Part shown: piece by piece, positions 18,148-27,947 of the stretch
Layout of the letters: every line of letters begins with the position of its first letter
Numbering within the stretch: the first letter of the stretch is position 1
Assembly: GCA_965221955.1 (NCBI GenBank)
Contig: CBDCTA010000022.1
Coordinates: forward strand, 32,001-96,000
Direction of reading: 5' to 3'
DNA from: Gammaproteobacteria bacterium
Lineage (GTDB): Bacteria; Pseudomonadota; Gammaproteobacteria; UBA4575
DNA length: 64,000 nucleotides
Program-made: the position numbers and the translations under genes
The notes under the pieces: generated by a model
Databases searched by the model: none
The model's input: the letters and a program-made list of their open reading frames with translations, nothing else
What the model was told of the DNA's origin: nothing

Positions 18148-19047
18148 GTGAGCGCAACCTTAACAGCAACAAGAAATGTACTAAGTGACTTTATCGAGAT
18201 CTGCAAACCCCGGATTGCATTACTAGTTCTCGTCACTACATTTGCAGGCATGTGGCTTGCAAGTGGTGCTAATTTAGCAATCGACTTAGTCATTTTAACT
18301 TTACTAGGTACAGGCCTAGCCTCTGCAGCAAGTGGTGCATTTAATAATTATATAGATCGCGAAGTAGATAAGCTCATGGCGCGCACACGTACACGCGCCC
18401 TACCTTGTTCGCGCTTACATCCTCAACAAGCTTTGTGGCTCGGCGTGATGCTGAGCTTATGGTCGTTTGCAATCCTTTTTTATTTAGTCAACCCATTAAC
18501 AGCACTTTTAGTTCAAACAACCACATTTTTCTATGTCGTGATTTACACCATGTGGTTAAAACGCAGCTCACCACTTTGCACTGAGATAGGAGGAGTTGCG
18601 GGAGCCATGCCTCCTGTTATTGGCTGGGCTGCAGTAACCAATGAGATTGCTTGGCCTGCTCTAGTAATGTTTTTAATTATGTTTATCTGGCAGCCTCCAC
18701 ATTTTTGGGCTTTAGCATTATTACGAAAAGATGAATATCGAAAAGCAAAGCTACCCATGCTGCCTGTAGTTGCAGGAGATCGCGCAACTAAAGTTCGCAT
18801 GTTGTTTTATACCGTTGCGCTTATTCCTGCGAGTTTAGCGATGTACTACTTAGAACTTGTAGGCTTAGTGTATTTAATCTTAGCTCTTGCATTAGGGATT
18901 GCATACTTATTACTGACAATAGATTTTGCGCGCAAACCTATTACACATCAAAGCACAAGAAAGTTATTTGGGTTTTCAATTTTGTATTTACTAGGTTTAT
19001 TTACACTAATTTTTATTGACTGCCGATGCGACAGTATTGCCGCATGA
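18148..19047 (+). CDS. cyoE: Protoheme IX farnesyltransferase (heme O synthase), copy 1
   Basis: KPRI, NNYIDREVDKLMARTRTR and WQPPHFWAL motifs. Confidence 0.93.
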   Translation: MSATLTATRNVLSDFIEICKPRIALLVLVTTFAGMWLASGANLAIDLVILTLLGTGLASAASGAFNNYIDREVDKLMARTRTRALPCSRLHPQQALWLGVMLSLWSFAILFYLVNPLTALLVQTTTFFYVVIYTMWLKRSSPLCTEIGGVAGAMPPVIGWAAVTNEIAWPALVMFLIMFIWQPPHFWALALLRKDEYRKAKLPMLPVVAGDRATKVRMLFYTVALIPASLAMYYLELVGLVYLILALALGIAYLLLTIDFARKPITHQSTRKLFGFSILYLLGLFTLIFIDCRCDSIAA

Positions 19048-19076
19048 ACACACCTTATATTTAGGGAGCATAGAGC

Positions 19077-20429
19077 ATGGTAATTGCCATAGTTATTATT
19101 CTTTTAGTGATTGGTTCCGTTATTTTCCATTTTGCCAGCCCGTGGTATTTCACCGATCTAGCCTCAAATTGGGGCAGCATGGATACTACAGTAACCATCA
19201 CTTTTATTGTATGTGGTGTGGTTTTTGTTTTGGCTAATTTATTTATGGCCTATTGCATCATTAAGTTCCGTAATAAAAGCAAAGATCAACGTGCTGCCTA
19301 TGAGCCTGAAAATAAAAAACTTGAAGTGTGGTTAACGGCAATCACTTCAATTGGGGTTGTCGCCATGCTTGCACCTGGCTTAGTCGTTTGGGCCAAGTTC
19401 GTTTCGCCACCCGTAGATGCCAATATTGTTGAAGCCGTCGGTCAACAGTGGCAATGGAGCTTTCGTTTACCAGGTGAAGACAATCGCTTAGGCACTGTCG
19501 ATACAACAAAAATAACTATTGACAATCCATTTGGCATTAATGAGGAAGACCCTTATGGACAAGATGATGTACTGATTCCGGGTAACGAATTACATCTTCC
19601 TATTGGTCAAGCGGTTAAATTTAATCTTCGCTCGAAAGATGTATTACACAATTTCACAGTACCCCAATTCCGCACAAAAATGGATCTTGTGCCAGGAATG
19701 ATAACTTGGCAATGGCTTACACCAACTAAATTAGGCAGCTATGAAATCCTTTGTGAAGAGCTATGCGGAATTGCTCATCATAGTATGCGTGGCAAAGTCG
19801 TTGTTGAGGAAGAAGAAGATTATCAAAAATGGTTGGCGGCACAAAAAACCTATGCTGAATTTAAAGCCGAAAAGAAAGGTGACCCTCATGCTGGGAAAGC
19901 CCTTTATCAAGTATGCGCTTCTTGTCATGGACTTGAAGGCGAAGGGAATCCCGCACTGAATTCACCCAAAATTAGCGGACAAGAAAGTTGGTACGTTGAA
20001 CGTCAACTCGGCTATTTTAAACATGGCATTCGAGGTTCAAATCCTGAAGATACATTTGGTGCACAAATGGCACCCATGGCGGCAACCTTGGTAGATGAAG
20101 CTGCAATAAAAAATATTGCTGCTTATATTGAATCACTACCTGATACGCCCGCACCACACACTATTAAAGGTGATATCGAAAACGGCAAAGATCTTTATAT
20201 AACCTGTGGCAAGTGTCACGGTAAACAAGCTCAAGGTAGATGGGCTGTAAATGCTCCTCGTATGGCAGGCATGAGTGATTGGTATTTACTCACTCAATTA
20301 AAGAACTTTAGACATGGTTTACGTGGCGCACATCCTGGAGATATAACCGGAAGACAAATGGAAACTATGGTACTCAGTTTAAATGAAGAAAAAATGAAAG
20401 ACATCATTGCTTACATTAATTCTTTATAA
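19077..20429 (+). CDS. coxB: Cytochrome c oxidase subunit II fused to two cytochrome c domains
   Basis: CuA ligands DVLH ... CEELCGIAHHSM; heme motifs CASCH and CGKCH. Confidence 0.92.
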   Translation: MVIAIVIILLVIGSVIFHFASPWYFTDLASNWGSMDTTVTITFIVCGVVFVLANLFMAYCIIKFRNKSKDQRAAYEPENKKLEVWLTAITSIGVVAMLAPGLVVWAKFVSPPVDANIVEAVGQQWQWSFRLPGEDNRLGTVDTTKITIDNPFGINEEDPYGQDDVLIPGNELHLPIGQAVKFNLRSKDVLHNFTVPQFRTKMDLVPGMITWQWLTPTKLGSYEILCEELCGIAHHSMRGKVVVEEEEDYQKWLAAQKTYAEFKAEKKGDPHAGKALYQVCASCHGLEGEGNPALNSPKISGQESWYVERQLGYFKHGIRGSNPEDTFGAQMAPMAATLVDEAAIKNIAAYIESLPDTPAPHTIKGDIENGKDLYITCGKCHGKQAQGRWAVNAPRMAGMSDWYLLTQLKNFRHGLRGAHPGDITGRQMETMVLSLNEEKMKDIIAYINSL

Positions 20430-20472
20430 ATTTTTTATTTAACAGTAATCGTTCAAGAAATGAGGTAAACAT

Positions 20473-22221
20473 ATGGCACACGTAGCACTCGCTGACAAAG
20501 GCCAAGATCTTGCACATCCTAAAACCTGGATAGGCGCTTATGTCTGGAGCCAGGACCATAAAGTAATTGGTATTCAATACATCATCGTTGCAACCTTAGT
20601 TGGGCTAGTGGCCCTAGCATTATCTGCGATGATGCGTTTGCAACTGGGCTTCCCCGGTGTATTTGATTTTATTCAACCGAATGAATACTACGCTGCTGTC
20701 ACCATGCACGGCATGATCATGGTGGTATTCATGCTCACCGCTTTTTTCCTAGGCGGATTTGGAAACTTATTAATTCCACTGATGTGTGGCGCTAGAGACA
20801 TGGCATTTCCATATATGAACATGCTCAGTTTCTGGGTATATCTCGCATCAGTTCTTGTACTTTGTGCGAGTTTCTTTGTACCTGGGGGAGCCACTGGAGC
20901 AGGCTGGACGCTTTACCCACCTCAAGCCATAACTGAAGGTTCTGCCGGATACGGCATGGGCATTAATTTGATGCTCATTGCATTAGCCCTATTTATTGTG
21001 GCCTTCACCATGGGTGGTTTAAATTATATTACCACTGCTTTCCAAGCACGCACACGTGGTATGACGTTAATGCGCATGCCGTTATCGGTTTGGGGAATCA
21101 TCATGGCAACTATTTTAGGTTTGCTTGCCTTCCCTGCACTCTTAGTTGCAGCGATCATGATGCTCATCGACGCCAACTTAGGCACAAGCTTTTTCATGCC
21201 TGCAATTTCATCGTTGGGGGAAACCAGTAGTACAACTGGTGGCACACCTATTTTATTCCAACATCTGTTTTGGTTTTTTGGTCATCCTGAGGTGTATATC
21301 GTTGCATTACCCATGTTTGGAATCGCTTCGGATTTAATTAGTACTCATGCACGTAAAAATATTTTTGGTTATCGAATGATGGTTTGGGCCTTAATTGCAA
21401 TTGGTGGTTTAAGCTTTATTGTTTGGGCACACCATATGTATGTAAGTGGTATGAATCCTTACTTTGGATTTTTCTTTGCCACAACTACATTAATCATTGC
21501 AGTGCCTACCGCCATCAAAGTCTACAACTGGGTACTGACTCTATGGCAAGGAAACATTCACTTAAATGTTCCCATGCTATTTGCAATTGGATTTATTTTT
21601 ACCTTTATACATGGTGGCATTACAGGATTATTTTTAGGTAATGTTGCGGTAGACGTGCCTCTTTCTGATACATACTTTGTAATCGGGCACTTTCACATGG
21701 TCATGGGTGTTTCACCCTTCTTAATTGTTTTCGGTGGTATCTATCACTGGTACCCAAAATTCACTGGTCGCATGCTGAATGACACCATGGGTAAAATTCA
21801 TTTTTGGGTCACCTTCCTAGGTACTTATGCAATTTATTTACCTATGCACTATATCGGCATTCTTGGCGTGCCAAGACGTTACTTTGCGTATGGCACAACA
21901 GAGACCTTCCCTGATTCTGTCCAAGTTATCAATGCCAGTATCACGATTGCAGCCCTTACGGTAGGTGTTGTGCAGCTATTATTTATCGTTAATCTGATTT
22001 GGAGCTTATTCTACGGCAAGAAAGCCAGTAGCAATCCATGGCGAGCCACTACATTAGAATGGCAAACACCTGACACACCTCCCAAACATGGTAACTGGGG
22101 CCCCGAGCTGCCTGTGGTGTACCGTTGGGCTTATTCTTATAGTGTTCCTGGCGCAAGAGAAGACTTCATTCCACAGACTGAAGAGCCAGGTGAAAACTCT
22201 AAACACGAAGCGGAAACTTAA
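20473..22221 (+). CDS. coxA: Cytochrome c oxidase subunit I (A1-type)
   Basis: TMHG, WFFGHPEVY, WAHHM and HFHMV motifs. Confidence 0.96.
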   Translation: MAHVALADKGQDLAHPKTWIGAYVWSQDHKVIGIQYIIVATLVGLVALALSAMMRLQLGFPGVFDFIQPNEYYAAVTMHGMIMVVFMLTAFFLGGFGNLLIPLMCGARDMAFPYMNMLSFWVYLASVLVLCASFFVPGGATGAGWTLYPPQAITEGSAGYGMGINLMLIALALFIVAFTMGGLNYITTAFQARTRGMTLMRMPLSVWGIIMATILGLLAFPALLVAAIMMLIDANLGTSFFMPAISSLGETSSTTGGTPILFQHLFWFFGHPEVYIVALPMFGIASDLISTHARKNIFGYRMMVWALIAIGGLSFIVWAHHMYVSGMNPYFGFFFATTTLIIAVPTAIKVYNWVLTLWQGNIHLNVPMLFAIGFIFTFIHGGITGLFLGNVAVDVPLSDTYFVIGHFHMVMGVSPFLIVFGGIYHWYPKFTGRMLNDTMGKIHFWVTFLGTYAIYLPMHYIGILGVPRRYFAYGTTETFPDSVQVINASITIAALTVGVVQLLFIVNLIWSLFYGKKASSNPWRATTLEWQTPDTPPKHGNWGPELPVVYRWAYSYSVPGAREDFIPQTEEPGENSKHEAET

Positions 22222-22223
22222 AC

Positions 22224-22889
22224 ATGGCAACCACCCTTATCGTTTTAGCCATCATCATGGGTGCGGTGGTATTTTGGTTACTAAAACAAACCTTTAATGT
22301 TCAACCCTGGGCAGAAGAAGGTCTAATCGGTCAAGATCATGCAGGTGGACCATTATCGAGCACGCCTGCAAAAATTGGTTTAATTACCTTTCTTGCAGTT
22401 GCGAGTTCCTTATTTTCACTCTTTGTTAGTGCCTATTTCCAACGCATGGACTTTGGAGACTGGAAAGTTGCACCTGAACCTATGGTGTTATGGCTAAGTA
22501 CTGGTTTATTAATTTTTGCGAGTATTTTTTACCAACGCGCTAGAAATGCTGTCATTAGAGATCAATCAAGCATTGTTAAATCTAATTTATTGATTGCTGG
22601 AGTGTTTACCTTTGCATTTATTGCAGGACAATTATGGGCATGGCAAGTCTTCCACAGTGATGGGTATGTACTTTCAGGCAATCCCGCAAATTCTTTTTTC
22701 TACGTGCTCACTGCTGCACATGCGCTACACATTCTTGGGGGGCTATGGGTATGGAGCAAAACCTTATTCAAATTACAAAACAATATTGAAGTTCGTAAAG
22801 TTCGTGTAGCGGTAGAACTATGTGCAATTTATTGGCACTTTTTATTATTAGTATGGCTAGCGCTATTTGCACTATTGCTATCAACTTAA
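22224..22889 (+). CDS. Cytochrome c oxidase subunit III-like protein
   Basis: FFYVLTAAHALH and YWHFLLLVW motifs. Confidence 0.88.
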   Translation: MATTLIVLAIIMGAVVFWLLKQTFNVQPWAEEGLIGQDHAGGPLSSTPAKIGLITFLAVASSLFSLFVSAYFQRMDFGDWKVAPEPMVLWLSTGLLIFASIFYQRARNAVIRDQSSIVKSNLLIAGVFTFAFIAGQLWAWQVFHSDGYVLSGNPANSFFYVLTAAHALHILGGLWVWSKTLFKLQNNIEVRKVRVAVELCAIYWHFLLLVWLALFALLLST

Positions 22890-22914
22890 GCTAATCAAAA
22901 CAGGAATTAACCTC

Positions 22915-23590
22915 ATGTCACAAAGCACAGGGCAAATTACTAAAGACGCAGTCAAAGATCTGGTAACAGATTGGCAAGAAGATAAAGAAGTATTCAAAGT
23001 CCACTGGGGTAAAGCCATGATGTGGATTTTCCTACTAAGTGATACCTTTATTTTCACTTCCTTCTTAACGGGTTACATGAAAGTACGCGCAAGTGCGACA
23101 TTGCCATGGCCAAATTCCTCTGAAATTTTTGCCTTAAGTTTTGGTGGCGAACCAATTCCACTCATTTTAATCGCGATTATGACGTTCGTCTTAATTACCA
23201 GCAGTGGCACTATGGCCTTAGCAGTAAATTATGGTTATCGACGCGATCGATCGAAAACAGCACTATTACTATTTATCACTGCAGGGTTTGGATTACTTTT
23301 CGTTGGCATGCAAGCTTTTGAATGGACCAAGCTAATTGTTGATGAAGGAATTCGACCTTGGGGTAATCCATTTGGTGCACCACAGTTTGGAGCATGTTTC
23401 TTCATGATTACGGGTTTTCATGGAGCCCATGTTTCGGGAGGTGTTATCTACTTAACTTACGTCGCAATTGGAGTGCTCAATGGCCGCTATGAGAAGAAAG
23501 GGCTATGACATTGTCGAAATATGTGGCCTGTATTGGCACTTCGTGGATTTAGTTTGGGTATTTATTTTTGCATTCTTTTATCTTTGGTGA
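22915..23590 (+). pseudogene. Second heme-copper oxidase subunit III, frameshifted near 23500 (real lesion or sequencing error)
   Basis: Frame stops at 23508 (EKKGL*). The +1 frame continues YDIVEICGLYWHFVDLVWVFIFAFFYLW* to 23590, the conserved subunit III C-terminus. Confidence 0.85.
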
Positions 23591-23599
23591 GGTATAACC

Positions 23600-23965
23600 A
23601 TGTCAGCTTCAGAATCAGGACATCAAGAGCATCCACTTAGTATTTATCTTTGGATTTGGATATTGTTGTTTGTTCTCAGCACATTCTCCTATATGGTCGA
23701 TTATTTTCAATTTCAAGGCGCCTTGCGTTGGAACCTCATCATCATCTTTATGATGTTAAAGGCAGGCTTCATAGTAGCCATCTTCATGCATATGACTTGG
23801 GAACGACTCGCATTAATTTCTGCCATCTTAGTTCCGCCACTCTGTTTACTGGTGCTCATCATATTGATGTCAATTGAAGGACAGTATACCTATTCACAAA
23901 GAGCAACATTTTTTGGGATTGAGGAAGCACCTGTTGTTGAACACCATGGTAGTAAAAAGCATTAA
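23600..23965 (+). CDS. Cytochrome c oxidase subunit IV family protein
   Basis: KAGFIVAIFMHMTWE motif and operon position. Confidence 0.85.
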   Translation: MSASESGHQEHPLSIYLWIWILLFVLSTFSYMVDYFQFQGALRWNLIIIFMMLKAGFIVAIFMHMTWERLALISAILVPPLCLLVLIILMSIEGQYTYSQRATFFGIEEAPVVEHHGSKKH

Positions 23966-24085
23966 ATATATAATTTCTTCTACAACCCCATATATTTACC
24001 GTGTATCCTATTAAGATTAAAATATCTTGATTAATACACCATAATTCGCTTTCTTTATAAACTTCTCTTTTGCTGCACGCTTTAC

Positions 24086-24649
24086 TTGTTTCTATGTGCA
24101 GAATCATTTTCACACGGTGGTGTATTCATCGAAGAAGATGTGTGCGTGATACAAATCGACTTTTTTCAAGCTCACTTTACTATTTACCAACCGCAAATCA
24201 GCCAACACGAAGAACTATGTGAAGACATTCCAACAATTGGCGAAACTATTTTTGTCATGGAGTATCTACATGATGGTTTGCGTCAAATGCCTGTAGATTT
24301 TCGAATCATCAAAGATACTCAAAAACTTGGACGCTTCGCAAAATTGGAAGATATAAAAAAAATAAAGGATATCCATTCACAAACAGTGTATTACCAAGCA
24401 CCTCAGGAAGGTCCGGATGGCATATATATGGCTAGATACGAATTTGATGAGGAGGGATACTACATTGGTATTGTCTCAGCCCTACAACCAGAAGATGGTA
24501 TGACTTATACAGCGGTATTTCCCTTTAAAGTTGGGGGTAGTGCTTGGGGTTATATACCCGTAATAATCGCTTTAGCCATCTTTTTACAACTTAATTATTG
24601 GCTGATGAATGGAGGCTTTGCACGCTTACGCAAAATGTTTAGGTCATGA
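24086..24649 (+). CDS. PmoD/AmoD-like periplasmic copper-protein homologue (start uncertain)
   Basis: HGG...DxC...HFTxYQP...ExCEDIP...FPFxVG plus a C-terminal TM helix; recognised by eye. Confidence 0.6.
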   Translation: MFLCAESFSHGGVFIEEDVCVIQIDFFQAHFTIYQPQISQHEELCEDIPTIGETIFVMEYLHDGLRQMPVDFRIIKDTQKLGRFAKLEDIKKIKDIHSQTVYYQAPQEGPDGIYMARYEFDEEGYYIGIVSALQPEDGMTYTAVFPFKVGGSAWGYIPVIIALAIFLQLNYWLMNGGFARLRKMFRS

Positions 24650-25056
24650 AATTTTTATACAGCATCATTTTTTTAGTTATATATTTTATAGGCTCAATAG
24701 CTATAGGCTCAGCAGGAACCAACATCGGAGCAATAAAAAAGTCTGACAATCAGCATTTTACAGTAAGCTATCTAAGTAAAGCTGCACCTATCAAAATTAA
24801 TAAAATACATGCATGGATCATTTGTATTAAAGATAAAAATGGTAACAGTATTGATAATGCTAAGATTACAGTAGATGGAGGCATGCCTGAACATAATCAT
24901 GGTCTTCCCACACAACCTCAAATCACAAAAAATCTAGGTGACGGAAGTTATCTACTCGAAGGTATGAAATTCCATATGTTGGGATATTGGACGATAACTT
25001 TATCTATTTCCTACGGCGATGTAAGTGATGAAGTAACTTTCGAATTAAATTTTTAA
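24646..25056 (+). CDS. YtkA/FixH-like periplasmic protein
   Basis: GGMPEHNHG ... FHMLGYW motifs; signal peptide. Confidence 0.75.
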   Translation: MKFLYSIIFLVIYFIGSIAIGSAGTNIGAIKKSDNQHFTVSYLSKAAPIKINKIHAWIICIKDKNGNSIDNAKITVDGGMPEHNHGLPTQPQITKNLGDGSYLLEGMKFHMLGYWTITLSISYGDVSDEVTFELNF

Positions 25057-25065
25057 ACTCTATTC

Positions 25066-26379
25066 ATGAGTTTTTTAAATCCACGCAATTTTCAATACAT
25101 CATTATTGCTTTAAGCATTATATTCGCTGGATACTGGTTGTTATCGAATCAATCTACAAAGCTCGATTGGTCTCCTGAAGAGATCAAAATTTTAACTTCT
25201 TTATCGCTTGATCATCTAGAAACATTACCTAAAAGCCAAAGTAATGCAGTAGCTGATAATCCAGACGCTGCAAAATTTGGTTGGCAATTATTCTTTGATG
25301 AACGTCTCAGTCATAACGGAAAAATTTCCTGCACTACTTGTCATATACCTGAGCTGTATTTTACAGATGGTTTAAAAACTGCTGCAGGTGCGCAATCAGG
25401 ATTACGTAACACGAACACAGTGGTAGGTGTAGCTTACAGTCCTTGGCAATTTTGGGATGGTCGTAAAGACAGTGTTTGGTCACAAGCATTAGCACCGCTG
25501 GAAAATAAGTTAGAACATGCAGGCACTCGTACACAGTTTGCTCATATCATTTCCAAAGATGAAAATTATAAAAAGCAATATGAAAACATATTTGGTCCTA
25601 TACCGGATTTTACAGATACCGATCGTTTCCCAAACGCAGCAGGACCAGTAGAAGACAACCAAGCATATAATCAAGCTTGGAAAGCTATGACAGATGCAGA
25701 TAGAGATTTAGTTACTCAACTTTTTGTCAATCTAGCAAAAGCGCTTGAAGCCTACCAACGATTGCTCATACCTAGTCCTAGTAGGTTTGATGAATATGTA
25801 CAAGGTGTTATCGAAAATGACGCTGAAAAACTGAATGCTTTAAACAAAGATGAAGCACTGGGCCTTAAATTATTTATTGGAAAAGCACAATGCATTAATT
25901 GTCACAATGGGCCACTTTTTACAAATAACGAATTTCATAATACTGGCATACTCTCACCTATACGGCAGCTTCCAAGTATAGGAAGAGCAGAAGGCGTACG
26001 TAAATCTTTACAGGATCCGTTTAATTGTTTAGGTGAATACAGTGATGCAGAGAAAGAACAATGTAGTGATTTACGTTTTGCCAAATTAGGGGATGAACTC
26101 ATTGGCGCGCATAAAGTACCTACACTCAGAAATACCGTTGAAACCGCACCTTATATGCATGCAGGTCAACACGATACACTTGAACAAGTAATTGAACATT
26201 ATAATAGTGCGCCATTGGCCATGATTGGACACAATGAAATCAAACCTCTTGAATTAAGTAATAGAGAAAAAAAGCAACTCAAGTCATTTTTATTTAGCCT
26301 CTCTAGTCCACTTGCCACGGACCCTAAATGGCTAAAAAACCCACATAAAAATGAGCAAGCCCAGGCAAGCTATTTCTAA
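25066..26379 (+). CDS. Di-heme cytochrome c peroxidase/MauG family protein
   Basis: CTTCH and CINCH heme motifs; QFWDGR and KVPTLRN...APYMHAG motifs. Confidence 0.9.
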   Translation: MSFLNPRNFQYIIIALSIIFAGYWLLSNQSTKLDWSPEEIKILTSLSLDHLETLPKSQSNAVADNPDAAKFGWQLFFDERLSHNGKISCTTCHIPELYFTDGLKTAAGAQSGLRNTNTVVGVAYSPWQFWDGRKDSVWSQALAPLENKLEHAGTRTQFAHIISKDENYKKQYENIFGPIPDFTDTDRFPNAAGPVEDNQAYNQAWKAMTDADRDLVTQLFVNLAKALEAYQRLLIPSPSRFDEYVQGVIENDAEKLNALNKDEALGLKLFIGKAQCINCHNGPLFTNNEFHNTGILSPIRQLPSIGRAEGVRKSLQDPFNCLGEYSDAEKEQCSDLRFAKLGDELIGAHKVPTLRNTVETAPYMHAGQHDTLEQVIEHYNSAPLAMIGHNEIKPLELSNREKKQLKSFLFSLSSPLATDPKWLKNPHKNEQAQASYF

Positions 26380-26506
26380 AGCAATAGTGATGCACGCAAA
26401 GCAATCTATCCTGTTAAGGATATAACTAATTCACCAGATTAATTAATATTAAACCCGCTATAATTGCCTCTATAACAACAGCATCTCTTCTTTTGGAGCT
26501 CTTACA

Positions 26507-27403
26507 TTGAACGCCACCATTACTGCAGTTCGTACTCAAGCAAGTGATTTATTTGAACTGTGTAAACCACGAATTGCTTTATTAGTCTTGCTTACTACCT
26601 TTACAGGTATGTGGTTAGCCGCGGGTGGTTATGTGTCAATTGATTTAGTCATTTATACATTGATCGGCACTGGCCTTGCTTCAGCCGCAAGTGGTGCACT
26701 GAATAACTATGTAGACCGTGAAGTGGACAAGCTCATGGCCCGCACGCGAACACGTGCCTTACCTTCATCAAGACTCTACCCACAGCAAGCATTATGGCTA
26801 GGCGGTTTGTTAAGCATCTTATCTTTTGCAATTTTATTTTATTTAGTCAATCCGTTAACAGCTTACTTAGCACTTGGTACTACTTTTTTCTATGTCGTAA
26901 TTTACACCATCTGGCTGAAGCGTAGCTCACCACTGTGCACAGAAATTGGTGGCGTAGCAGGTGCACTACCCCCAGTAATTGGCTGGGCAGCAGTCACTAA
27001 TGAAATTAGTTGGCAAGCTCTTGTGATGTTTTTAATCATGTTTATATGGCAGCCACCGCATTTTTGGGCTTTAGCATTATTACGTGCAGACGAATACCGT
27101 CGTGCTAACTTGCCGATGTTACCTGTTGTAAGCGGAATGGAAGTAACTAAGTTTAGAATGTTGCTGTATACCATTGCACTCATTCCAATAAGCACAACCA
27201 TGTATTGGTTTAACTTAGCTGGTCCAGTTTATTTAGTTGCCGCATTAGTGCTCGGTGTGATTTATTTAGTCATCACGATTGATTTTGCACGCAAACCCAT
27301 TACTCATCAAAGCACTAAACGCTTATTTGGTTACTCAATCATTTATTTATGCGGCCTGTTTGTATTTATATTTGCTGATTGTCAATGTGGCTCAACTCTG
27401 TGA
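26507..27403 (+). CDS. cyoE: Protoheme IX farnesyltransferase, copy 2
   Basis: Close paralogue of 18148..19047 with long identical peptide stretches. Confidence 0.93.
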   Translation: MNATITAVRTQASDLFELCKPRIALLVLLTTFTGMWLAAGGYVSIDLVIYTLIGTGLASAASGALNNYVDREVDKLMARTRTRALPSSRLYPQQALWLGGLLSILSFAILFYLVNPLTAYLALGTTFFYVVIYTIWLKRSSPLCTEIGGVAGALPPVIGWAAVTNEISWQALVMFLIMFIWQPPHFWALALLRADEYRRANLPMLPVVSGMEVTKFRMLLYTIALIPISTTMYWFNLAGPVYLVAALVLGVIYLVITIDFARKPITHQSTKRLFGYSIIYLCGLFVFIFADCQCGSTL

Positions 27404-27553
27404 TCTATTAACTTACTCTCTCGAATAAGTGAGCCTGATTCTTAGGTTCACATACCGCACAAGCACTTAATCTAGGCGCCTTTTAAACAATTATAGTTTT
27501 TTTCTAAATGGCCGATATCCGTATTGGTATCTCTTGTTTAAGCCATCACTATT

Positions 27554-27928
27554 ATGAAAACATATATATGTTTAATCAGCTTAATTCTCCTAAGCACTCA
27601 AAATGCATATTCTGCAATAACCACGATTACTTGTAATTACGACATCTTCGCTTCGGTGCAAAAAGTTGATCGAACTACTGAGATTATGCAGTTAACTTTT
27701 ACCGTTAACATGGAAACCAGCGAAGCTCAAATTATTCGTAAAAAGGGGACAACAGCTGTAGACCTATACCCTACAGGTGGTGGCTTTACATTTATTGAAA
27801 TTAATGAGCGTGGCAACGTACTGACTACTACCGTAGATATCCATGGGAAATCTGCACACAGTCGAAATACGATATTAGATAGCGAGCTTGTCCCAAGTCA
27901 GTTCTATGGAACCTGTGACTACAACTAA
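27554..27928 (+). CDS. Hypothetical secreted protein
   Basis: Signal peptide; ends SQFYGTC. Confidence 0.65.
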   Translation: MKTYICLISLILLSTQNAYSAITTITCNYDIFASVQKVDRTTEIMQLTFTVNMETSEAQIIRKKGTTAVDLYPTGGGFTFIEINERGNVLTTTVDIHGKSAHSRNTILDSELVPSQFYGTCDYN

Positions 27929-27947
27929 TACATTTAATTATTAATGA

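Noticed and set aside
23494-23508. Programmed -1 frameshift in subunit III
   Set aside because: The required shift is +1, and no stimulatory structure is evident.
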